Assembly (NCBI GenBank): GCA_029856525.1
Contig: JAHQXC010000017.1
Span: 1 to 20,890, forward strand
DNA from: Candidatus Odinarchaeia archaeon
GTDB lineage: Archaea > Asgardarchaeota > Odinarchaeia > Odinarchaeales > Odinarchaeaceae
Direction: 5' to 3'
DNA length: 20,890 bases
Position 1 is the stretch's first letter. Every line of letters begins with the position of its first letter. The notes under the pieces were generated by a model. That model was given only the letters and a program-made list of their open reading frames with translations. It was not told where the DNA came from and made no database searches. Positions 8,730 through 16,282 of this stretch are shown here, piece by piece. The translations under genes and the position numbers were made by a program.

Positions 8730-9413
8730 ATGAAATATCTAAAATCTAGAGATGAAAAGTGGAGCGCCCTTCACTCTATAATTATGTGGGTGTTCGGAGT
8801 TTTCATCTTAATCTCTTTCAGCTATCTAAGTATTTTAAATGAGTGGTTGGCTAGGATAACAGTAGAGATTATAATAGGGTTAACGCCTTTTCTAGTCGTT
8901 TTAACATTTTTTAATAAAAATTTCGATGAGCTAGGTTTACTTAAACCGAGTTTGAAAGAGACGATAACAGGAGTAGGATTCGGTTTACTAGGTGTTTTAT
9001 CAGGTTTCCTAGCCTTTAACTTAGAGGTGTTAATCCTAGGCGGTTATCCTATAGGATACCATGAATTCCAGTTAAAATTCACACCGCTCCAGTTAACTGA
9101 TTTAGTAATCTGGATTGCTTTCTCAGTTATAATAGTTGCTCCATGCGAGGAAATATTTTCAAGAGGCTTCATTCAAAAAGGATTACAGAATAGTGGAGGA
9201 GTGCTCTTCGGTTTAATCGCTTCATCCATACTATTCGGTTTAATACACATAGAACCTTTTAGAATTCTCCCGAATACTGTGCAAGGATTCACACTCGGAG
9301 CCGCGTATATTCGCTCTAAGTATAAGACAAGCGTCTCTATTATATCACATGCAACGTTAAATACGAGCATATTCATTTTAATGTTCTTTCTCCCATATTA
9401 CTTCGGGCTGTGA
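8730..9413 (+). CDS. CPBP (CAAX/Abi) family intramembrane glutamic endopeptidase
   Basis: EEIFSRG, FGLIH and HATLN motifs in a multi-TM protein. ATG 8730 preferred over 8700, which would overlap the upstream gene. Confidence 0.88.
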   Translation: MKYLKSRDEKWSALHSIIMWVFGVFILISFSYLSILNEWLARITVEIIIGLTPFLVVLTFFNKNFDELGLLKPSLKETITGVGFGLLGVLSGFLAFNLEVLILGGYPIGYHEFQLKFTPLQLTDLVIWIAFSVIIVAPCEEIFSRGFIQKGLQNSGGVLFGLIASSILFGLIHIEPFRILPNTVQGFTLGAAYIRSKYKTSVSIISHATLNTSIFILMFFLPYYFGL

Positions 9414-9545
9414 ACCACCCTCGCTTTCACTGAAATGTGAAGTAATAGTTTATTCTTGCAGGTGGCTTAGGCAGTCTAAGCCTCACATCTCTTATATTAG
9501 ACTGCTAGCTTTCACCCGCTATCGAGGGGGCTTCCACCGAAGAAG
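9410..9545 (-). mobile_element. Probable IS200/IS605 right-end (reRNA/omegaRNA-like) remnant with no ORF
   Basis: Minus strand ...TTTAA|CTTCTTCGGTGGAAGCCCCCTCG-[~100 nt structured]-CGAGGGTGGTTCAC. It has the same GAAGC-C-rich stem...G-rich stem-TCAC architecture as the right end at 1-35. Boundaries inferred. Confidence 0.6.
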
Positions 9546-9553
9546 TTAAAAAT

Positions 9554-9904
9554 TTATTTAAACAGGTCCCTTTGATAGAATAAGTAGACTACTATAATTA
9601 TACTTATTATAAGAGAGATTAAGCCACCGAATAAGATAGTCACCACTATGTTAATTATGTTTACAACTACAACTAGCAGCCAAGCCCAGTATTTTAATCC
9701 CATCAGCGATAAAGCTGCTAGTAAAATCACGATCCCCCAGATTAAAGATATTAATCCGGCTATAGTTAGCTCTGCGAAAAACCATCCAGGCATGAACGCT
9801 GCTCCTGCTAGCAGGCTCGCACCGCCAATTATATCAAGTAAACCGCCTATAATCATCAGCACCGCTATAACGATTACACCTAAAGGTGTCCTTTTAGCTG
9901 GCAA
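9554..9904 (-). CDS. Small multi-pass membrane protein, unknown function
   Basis: 116 aa, about four hydrophobic segments, TTG start preceded by GAGGG. Confidence 0.75.
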   Translation of the reverse strand: MPAKRTPLGVIVIAVLMIIGGLLDIIGGASLLAGAAFMPGWFFAELTIAGLISLIWGIVILLAALSLMGLKYWAWLLVVVVNIINIVVTILFGGLISLIISIIIVVYLFYQRDLFK

Positions 9905-9956
9905 GTTGAACCCTCAATCAAGTTTTTAATATTTAAACTATCAATCACCTTAGCAA

Positions 9957-10024
9957 GGGGTTCCTACCTCACCGAGAAGAGGTCTCCTCGTTACAGATAT
10001 CTCAGGACCCCCAAGCCGCGGCTT
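9957..10024. other. GC-rich structured intergenic element (candidate small RNA, leader or repeat remnant)
   Basis: Closing stem GGGGTTCCT (9957-9965) / AGGACCCCC (10004-10012), inner hairpin ACCTC/GAGGT, adjacent 12-bp palindrome AAGCCGCGGCTT (10013-10024) next to TTTATATA. Confidence 0.3.
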
Positions 10025-10120
10025 TATATAATAATATTAATTTATCGCTTTTATAAGATTACCGTTTTCCGACTCCTCTATATATTGAGGGAGATTCATC
10101 GCTGTTAAGTTAAAAACCGT

Positions 10121-10924
10121 TTATTTAAAATATTTTGAAAAATTCTTTTCCAGAGCGTCTTTTAATAAAGGTGTTTTCAACCTCGCCTCTTCAACCTCTC
10201 TTAGATTAATTAACACTCCTTCACTTCTCTCAGCTTCATGAAGTGAAAGTTTAACCTCGCCTGTTGGTGAGAGAACCAAACTATTCCCGCCGAAGGTGAT
10301 TCCGCTTTCAACACCAACCCGGTTAACATATACTATGAAACACTGGTTTTCAACAGCTCTAGCTGGGAGAATATATTTAAAACGTTGAATAGACTCTCTT
10401 GGAGTAGCTGATAACACTATTATACATTCAGCTCCGTTTAAGGCTTGAAAACGGCTTAACTCCGGGAAGTTAATATCATAACATATTTGAATTCCTATCC
10501 TAAAATTTTCAAAAACCACTGGTTGAGGTGAATCACCTGGATTGAAGAATTCTTTCTCTCTGAAAACCCAGAAATTCGGAAGATATATCTTCCTATATTT
10601 CGCGATCACACCTTTTTTACCGATTAAAACAGCTGTGTTAAAAAATCTCTTTTTCATTGTGTCAGATTCAACCATACCAGTTAAAACATACACGCGGTCA
10701 CTTAACCTTTGAGAGATTAAATCAGTCACCTCTCCTGGGATAGTCTCAGCTAGGCGGGGGAGCATAGAGCCGCAGTTATAGCCGGTTATAAAAAGCTCAG
10801 GGAATACATGTAACATTAAGCTTTTTCCATTAAATTTTTCAAGTGAATTGAGAAGCTTCAAAATATTATATTCTTTTTCACCTAGAATCGGCTCTAACTG
10901 ATGAACGATTATTTCAAGAGACAA
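10121..10924 (-). CDS. Carbon-nitrogen hydrolase (nitrilase superfamily amidase)
   Basis: Catalytic triad motifs FPELFITGY (E), YRKIYL (K), ICYDINFPE (C); also RAVENQ and FGGNS. TTG start overlaps the upstream gene. Confidence 0.92.
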   Translation of the reverse strand: MSLEIIVHQLEPILGEKEYNILKLLNSLEKFNGKSLMLHVFPELFITGYNCGSMLPRLAETIPGEVTDLISQRLSDRVYVLTGMVESDTMKKRFFNTAVLIGKKGVIAKYRKIYLPNFWVFREKEFFNPGDSPQPVVFENFRIGIQICYDINFPELSRFQALNGAECIIVLSATPRESIQRFKYILPARAVENQCFIVYVNRVGVESGITFGGNSLVLSPTGEVKLSLHEAERSEGVLINLREVEEARLKTPLLKDALEKNFSKYFK

Positions 10925-11444
10925 TAGAATTACACCTCTTTTTCTTACTAATCAGGTAACCCGTCAGCCCGCCTAAAACACCTATCCAGCTGGGTTTCAA
11001 GCCGCCTAGTATATAGTAGCTAAGCTGATAGATCATGCTACTATTCACTAGAAAACTTATCTCAAACCCGTATAGCGCCCCCCAATAGATGACCCAGCTT
11101 ATTAACCCTAACAGGATAGCAGAGTTTAAACCTGTTAAAACACTTTTTAAGTAGTTATCGGATATAAAACCGGCTGTTAAACCGGAGGCGAACCATACTA
11201 TAAGATTGAAATAAGGATAGGCTTCAAAATTTAGGAGAAGACCTTTAAGATAAGGGTTACTTGTATGTAACGGATCCCCGCCGAGCAAGTATAATAATTG
11301 TAGTTCAATATAGGGGATTCCCCTAATGGTGTTAGCGAGCCCTAACGGTAATAATTCAGCCGGCAGATTCACATATAATGCTAGAATCCAGGTTAATGTT
11401 AATGCAACCGTTATGAAAACTATTATCGGTATGATTATACGCAT
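10914..11444 (-). CDS. Hypothetical integral membrane protein
   Basis: 176 aa, about four hydrophobic segments, basic C-terminus; overlaps the nitrilase gene by 11 nt. Confidence 0.75.
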   Translation of the reverse strand: MRIIIPIIVFITVALTLTWILALYVNLPAELLPLGLANTIRGIPYIELQLLYLLGGDPLHTSNPYLKGLLLNFEAYPYFNLIVWFASGLTAGFISDNYLKSVLTGLNSAILLGLISWVIYWGALYGFEISFLVNSSMIYQLSYYILGGLKPSWIGVLGGLTGYLISKKKRCNSIVS

Positions 11445-11544
11445 AGCAGTTCACTGCTATTTAATGTTTATCCGAAACATTTAAGAATTATTAAATGGAA
11501 AAATTATAAAAAGCTTTTACAGCCGTAAAATAGTGGTGGAGTTC

Positions 11545-12624
11545 ATGGGTAAAATTAAAGTAGCTGTAGCCGGTTTAGGTAACTGCGCTTCCGCTTTAAT
11601 ACAGGGAATAGAGTTTTATAAAAACGTTACAGGCTCTGAGAAAATAGTCCCAGGTTTAATGAACCCGAGCATTGGAGGCTATCTTCCAAGAGATATTGAG
11701 ATAGTAGCGGCGTTCGATGTTAACCGGAATAAAATTGGGAAAGATATCTCAGAGGCGATTTTCATAGATAACTGTACGGTGAAGTTTGCCGATGTCCCGA
11801 GAAAAGGGGTGAAAGTTGTCCCAGGCCCGATATTAGACGGAGTCGCCCCACATATGGTTAAATCATTTAACTGCTATGATGAAAAAGAGATGAAGCCTGT
11901 TAATGTCGCAGACCATTTAAAAGAGACCGGCGCTGAGATACTTATAAATTATTTACCTGTAGGAAGCGCTCAAGCATCGAGAGCATACGCGAAAGCTGCT
12001 TTAGAAGCTGGATGCGGGTTCATAAACGCGATCCCCGAGTTCATTGCATCCGATAAAGGGATAGGAGATGAATTTGAAAAAAGAAATCTCCCCATAGCAG
12101 GGGATGATGTGAAATCCCAGCTTGGAGCTACAATACTGCACAGAGCATTAGTGGATTTATGCGTTAATAGAGGCGTTCAAATACTGGAGACATACCAGTT
12201 AAACGTCGGCGGTGACACAGACTTTGAAAATATGACTGTAGAGGAGCGGTTGAAAACTAAGAGAATAAGTAAAACAACCGCGGTTACAAGCATACCACCA
12301 TATGAGATACCTACCAGAATAGGCCCAAGTGATTATATACCATTCCTAAAAAACAGGAAAATCTGCTATATCTGGCTTAAAGGACTTTTATGGGGCCAGG
12401 TTCCAGCCACTATTGACGTTAAACTATCAGTTGAAGACGCGCCTGACTCCGCTGGTGTAGTGGTCGACGTGATAAGATGCATGAAGCTAGCTTTAGATAG
12501 GGGTATAGGAGGACGGCTTATAAGCATATCCGCTTACTCGTTTAAACACCCGCCGGTATTTGTACCGGACAGTGTAGCTAAAACATGGGTTCAAGAATTC
12601 ATAGAAGGGAAGAGGGAACGCTGA
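11545..12624 (+). CDS. ino1: myo-inositol-1-phosphate synthase (archaeal/bacterial short type)
   Basis: GLGNCAS NAD-binding motif, INYLPVGS, GDDVKSQLGAT, LNVGGDTDF, DAPDSAG. ATG 11545 follows GGTGGAG. Confidence 0.95.
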   Translation: MGKIKVAVAGLGNCASALIQGIEFYKNVTGSEKIVPGLMNPSIGGYLPRDIEIVAAFDVNRNKIGKDISEAIFIDNCTVKFADVPRKGVKVVPGPILDGVAPHMVKSFNCYDEKEMKPVNVADHLKETGAEILINYLPVGSAQASRAYAKAALEAGCGFINAIPEFIASDKGIGDEFEKRNLPIAGDDVKSQLGATILHRALVDLCVNRGVQILETYQLNVGGDTDFENMTVEERLKTKRISKTTAVTSIPPYEIPTRIGPSDYIPFLKNRKICYIWLKGLLWGQVPATIDVKLSVEDAPDSAGVVVDVIRCMKLALDRGIGGRLISISAYSFKHPPVFVPDSVAKTWVQEFIEGKRER

Positions 12625-13308
12625 TCAAATTATTTTAAGCAGGCTAGGAATATCCTTAACGCTTAAAACAATAGCGTCAGGGTGAACACTCCTAAGAATA
12701 TTATAGTCTAATCCCCCGCTTAAAACACCTATAGTCCAGCAGCCTAGTCTTTTACCGGAGAGAATATCAGTTACATAGTCGCCGACAACCACACACTCCT
12801 CTGGTTTAATATTGAATTTTTCAATTAACAGTTTAAAACTACGAGTTTTCTGAAGAGCTTCTTCACCCGTCGACTTCGAGTATAGATTATTCGCTAAAAT
12901 CTCGTCGAATAAACCGTTTAAACCATGCTTTTCAAGCTCTAATCTAACTAATTCAGAGTCTATTATTCTACCTGTAACCACTGATAGAAGATATTTTCTA
13001 TATTTGAGAAGTTTAAGAGCCTCCACCACGCCTTCAAAAGGTTTCTCATCAGCTCCTTTGAATTCATGATAGATTTGGAGAAACTCTGGGAGAAAACGCT
13101 GTTTTACTTGGAGAATAATATCACCTAGACGGTTATTCTTATACAGTACCCTGAACTCATCTCGACTAATCTTTTTTAAACCGTATTTTTCAGCTAAAAA
13201 CATGAAAACGTTATAAAACCTATCAGAGGTATCTATAAGCGTCCCATCTAAATCGAATATAAATAGTTTAACTCGATCTCTCAAATTCTCCAAGCTAATA
13301 GATACCAC
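12625..13308 (-). CDS. HAD-superfamily hydrolase (phosphoglycolate-phosphatase-like)
   Basis: Motif I FDLDGTL, motif II VVTG, motif IV VGDYVTD. Stop codon directly abuts the ino1 stop (tail to tail). Confidence 0.88.
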   Translation of the reverse strand: MVSISLENLRDRVKLFIFDLDGTLIDTSDRFYNVFMFLAEKYGLKKISRDEFRVLYKNNRLGDIILQVKQRFLPEFLQIYHEFKGADEKPFEGVVEALKLLKYRKYLLSVVTGRIIDSELVRLELEKHGLNGLFDEILANNLYSKSTGEEALQKTRSFKLLIEKFNIKPEECVVVGDYVTDILSGKRLGCWTIGVLSGGLDYNILRSVHPDAIVLSVKDIPSLLKII

Positions 13309-13418
13309 CTACACCAGACTATTATAGCTTCGCGACTGCAAACTAGAGTTTACCAGTAAATTTTAAGACACGAAAATATATTATCTTTATTGAATATTAA
13401 ACTACCACCGTATAAAGA

Positions 13419-13569
13419 CTGATCTTATCCCCTCGCACACCGGCTGTTAACAAGTACACTGTGAGAGTTTAGGCTGGTTCACATCAACCCTGCTTTCCAT
13501 CATATACCGAGAAGTCCGTCACCTATATTCACGCCGCTGAAGCCGTCAGCCTCTCTTCTAGCGGCGAAT
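13419..13569 (-). other. Structured GC-rich intergenic island; candidate degenerate IS200/IS605 remnant or ncRNA
   Basis: Hairpin CGCCGCTGAAG...CTTCTAGCGGCG (13532-13566). The minus strand ends GCGAGGGGATAAGATCAG, resembling IS605 right ends of the GGGG-N-TCAG type. No credible ORF. Confidence 0.35.
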
Positions 13570-13687
13570 TTATAAAATACACCAATAAATATTTAATTTT
13601 AAATTAATAAATTATTGAAAAGAGTAATCGATAAAGTTAAAAGCCTGCGTTAATCTAAATAAACGGGTTATTGAAAGGTGGTTTAAT

Positions 13688-13858
13688 TTGCTAATTGACA
13701 GAGTTAAATGCGGGGTTTGCTTCGGATGTGCTGCTGTCTGTCCGTTTGACGCTTTAAGAGCCACTGATAAAGAGATAATAGTTAACTCTGATAAGTGCAC
13801 TAACTGCGGCGTATGCCGGAAGATTTGTCCTGTGGGGGCGATAACTATTGAAGTTTAA
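13688..13858 (+). CDS. 2x[4Fe-4S] ferredoxin (56 aa), missed by the ORF track
   Basis: MLIDRVKCGVCFGCAAVCPFDALRATDKEIIVNSDKCTNCGVCRKICPVGAITIEV*: two CxxCxxCxxxCP motifs. TTG start after GGTGG; overlaps the GGR start. Confidence 0.95.
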   Translation: MLIDRVKCGVCFGCAAVCPFDALRATDKEIIVNSDKCTNCGVCRKICPVGAITIEV

Positions 13859-15068
13859 AGTTGACGTTGCTATTGTAGGAGGGGGCCCGGCTGGAAGCTC
13901 AACAGCTTTAACAGCTGCTAAACTAGGTTTAAACGTTTTATTAATTGATAGAAAAGCGCATATCGGCGTTCCAGTTCAATGCGGGGAAGCCGTGGGTAAA
14001 ACCGGGCCGAGTATAGCGGAGATAGATATACCTAAAGAAGCGATTAGAAATCCTATAAGAGGTTTCAGAATATACAGTCCAAGTAATATTACAGTAGATT
14101 ACGCTAAACCGCAACCTGACGGGTATATAGTGGATAGAAGAGTCTTCGATAAAGAGCTTTTCATTAAAGCAGCTGAAGCCGGCGCAGAAACATTGATTAA
14201 CACTGATATAAAAGAACTTGTGTTCAAGGACGGTAAAGTATCCGGTTTAATCGGCGTTAACGATAACGGTAGAGTTGAAGTTGAGTCGAAGATAGTTATC
14301 GGAGCTGACGGTGTTTTCAGCATAATCGCGAAGCTGGCTGGTTTACGTAAATACGCTAAGCTATCTGATTTAGACGCAAGCGTAGGCTATGAAATGTGTA
14401 ATGTGGAATACGATGACCCGGAGTTAATGGAGTTTTATATGGGTAGAAATATAGCGCCTAGAGGTTACGTCTGGATCTTCCCTAAAGGAGAAAAGCGTGC
14501 TAATGTAGGAATAGGAGTAGGCGCGCAGGATGGTACGCGCACCGCCTTAGACTATATGAAAACTTTTATGAAAGAGCACCCTATCGGAAGAGAGAAATTA
14601 AAAAACGCAAAGATAGTCGAGTACAGGGTTGGAGCGATCCCCTTAGGCGGGCCGAATGAAAAAAATATATTAGACAACCTAATGTTAGTAGGCGACGCTG
14701 CAGGTCAAGTTCACCCTATCACAGGCGGTGGAATCGGTTACGCGCTTGTATGCGGAAGTATCGCTGGGAAAGTCGCTGCTGAGGCGATAGAAGCCGGAGA
14801 CACCAGTGAGCGTATGCTCCTAAACTATGAGAGAAGATGGCGTGAGAAATACGGTGAAGAATTCGAAAAAATGTTAAAATTACGCGAGCTACTCGAGAAA
14901 GCAGAGGATAAAACACTAGACCAGCTTGCAGAGATCCTTAACGGCCAGAATATAGTTGATTTAACCGCGGGTAGGAAAATATCTATTTTATTCAGCGCTG
15001 TTAAAAAACATAACAAGGAATTATTAAATCTCCTCAACGGTTTCAGACAGCTTAAACTAATCCAGTAA
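13848..15068 (+). CDS. Geranylgeranyl reductase family protein (digeranylgeranylglycerophospholipid reductase-like)
   Basis: GGGPAG FAD motif, CGEA, GADG, PRGYVWIFPKG (YxWxFP), LVGDAAGQVHPITGGGI. Confidence 0.92.
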   Translation: MKFKVDVAIVGGGPAGSSTALTAAKLGLNVLLIDRKAHIGVPVQCGEAVGKTGPSIAEIDIPKEAIRNPIRGFRIYSPSNITVDYAKPQPDGYIVDRRVFDKELFIKAAEAGAETLINTDIKELVFKDGKVSGLIGVNDNGRVEVESKIVIGADGVFSIIAKLAGLRKYAKLSDLDASVGYEMCNVEYDDPELMEFYMGRNIAPRGYVWIFPKGEKRANVGIGVGAQDGTRTALDYMKTFMKEHPIGREKLKNAKIVEYRVGAIPLGGPNEKNILDNLMLVGDAAGQVHPITGGGIGYALVCGSIAGKVAAEAIEAGDTSERMLLNYERRWREKYGEEFEKMLKLRELLEKAEDKTLDQLAEILNGQNIVDLTAGRKISILFSAVKKHNKELLNLLNGFRQLKLIQ

Positions 15069-15083
15069 TAGAAGAGGATAAGC

Positions 15084-15686
15084 GTGGGTTTAGGGAGATT
15101 ACTGTTAATATCGCTATTGGTAATATCTATTTCAAGCCTGCTCTCATATTTTATAACCCCGGATATTATAAAACTAATATATACTGTTAAATACCAGTCT
15201 TACGGGAAACCTGAGCTCGGATATTTCATAGCTGTATTAGAGAGTCTTATTCAAGGTTTAAAAGACGCGAGGATAATAATAATAGTCGCAGCTACGTCTC
15301 TGCTGGCCGGCTTCCTTTACTTGAAGAATAACTCTTGGATAGCAGGTTTTTCCACTTATATAATACTGTTAATTCTACTTTTAATCTTCTACTACCGTTT
15401 TTTCAACGGGTTCAACATACCGGATGCCCCGCTGCTCATTATCAATATTTTATTCACAGCCACTATAGGAGGAGTCTCTTCTAGTATACCGGGAGTAGCC
15501 GTCTACTATAGAAGAAGAAGGGGATTGGAAAACGTTCAAACCGTCGAGTATACTGAGACTGCAACCACGTGCCCGGAATGCGGGGTGAAATATGATTCTA
15601 AACCTTTAATCTGCGTTAAATGCGGGTTAAAGTTGAATCAAACATCTAATATCGAATTAGAATCAGACGATAATTGTGCAAAATAA
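15084..15686 (+). CDS. Membrane protein with C-terminal zinc-ribbon
   Basis: About four TM segments, RRRR stop-transfer, then CPECG-x9-CVKCG. GTG start after GAGGA, 15 nt after the GGR stop. Confidence 0.75.
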   Translation: MGLGRLLLISLLVISISSLLSYFITPDIIKLIYTVKYQSYGKPELGYFIAVLESLIQGLKDARIIIIVAATSLLAGFLYLKNNSWIAGFSTYIILLILLLIFYYRFFNGFNIPDAPLLIINILFTATIGGVSSSIPGVAVYYRRRRGLENVQTVEYTETATTCPECGVKYDSKPLICVKCGLKLNQTSNIELESDDNCAK

Positions 15687-15752
15687 AACTTATATAAAAT
15701 AAAAATGTTTTTAAAAATACGAAAGAATTAAATACCGGATAAAACCAAAAAT

Positions 15753-15948
15753 GTGACATCAATCTGGCGGTGTAGGAATTGGTAGGTGGACATTTTCCAA
15801 CACAAATATTCAAATAAGCTCTCACATGATTTTTTAGAAGCCCACCGTGTAAATGTCATTCACTCAGAGGAATACAGTCACTGTGAAAAATTAAGCGGCG
15901 TTAAGAATACGCTATATTTTTTAAGAGTTAACTACTATAATCCGCCAG
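15753..15948 (-). other. Long-range-paired intergenic island upstream of lysW; candidate IS200/IS605 right-end derivative or structured leader
   Basis: CTGGCGG (15764-15770) pairs with CCGCCAG (15942-15948), and GTAG/CTAC extends the stem. The minus strand ends CCGCCAGATTGATGTCAC. Confidence 0.3.
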
Positions 15949-15988
15949 TAAAAATTATTATAAAACAATTAAATGGAGGTTTAAATAT

Positions 15989-16162
15989 ATGGCGAAAGGT
16001 GTCTGTCCTGAATGCGGAGCTGAAATAGAGATCGAAGACCCTGTTGAAAAAGAAATCGTAGAATGCGAAGAATGCGGTGTTGAATTAGAGGTTTCAAAAG
16101 TAGACGGAGATGAAGTTGAATTCGAAGTAGCTGAATCAGAAGGCGAAGACTGGGGCGAGTGA
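15989..16162 (+). CDS. lysW: Amino-group carrier protein LysW/ArgW (57 aa), missed by the ORF track
   Basis: MAKGVCPECGAEIEIEDPVEKEIVECEECGVELEVSKVDGDEVEFEVAESEGEDWGE*: zinc-ribbon CxxC pairs, very acidic, terminal EDWGE. SD GGAGG upstream. Confidence 0.97.
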   Translation: MAKGVCPECGAEIEIEDPVEKEIVECEECGVELEVSKVDGDEVEFEVAESEGEDWGE

Positions 16163-16192
16163 ACAGCACTCTCAAATTCAACAACCGTTTAA

Positions 16193-16282
16193 ACCTCTTC
16201 TCCGAGATCGGAGGAGAGGTCTCTAAAATATTTATTACAAGCGGAGGTGGAGGCGTCTTCTCTAATTGTAAGAAGACACGCC
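16193..16282 (+). other. Two stable hairpins in the lysW-lysX spacer
   Basis: ACCTCTTCTCCG-AGAT-CGGAGGAGAGGT (16193-16220, 12-bp stem with one G.U on the + strand) and GGCGTCTTCT...AGAAGACACGCC (16252-16282). Confidence 0.6.

Noticed and set aside
10121-11444. Split apolipoprotein N-acyltransferase (Lnt)
   Set aside because: The hydrolase motifs (CYD..FPE, RAVENQ) fit generic soluble amidases, and the membrane protein shows no Lnt-like features I can identify.
13612-13800. 62-aa minus-strand ORF
   Set aside because: Antisense shadow of the ferredoxin gene.
15753-15948. Canonical lysine (L-box) riboswitch
   Set aside because: Lacks the AGAGGUGC-type 5' motif and other conserved L-box elements; kept only as an unexplained structure.
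15786-16184. ORFs 15786-16028 (+) and 15981-16184 (-)
   Set aside because: Both overlap lysW, which has unmistakable motifs in another frame; neither has recognisable features.
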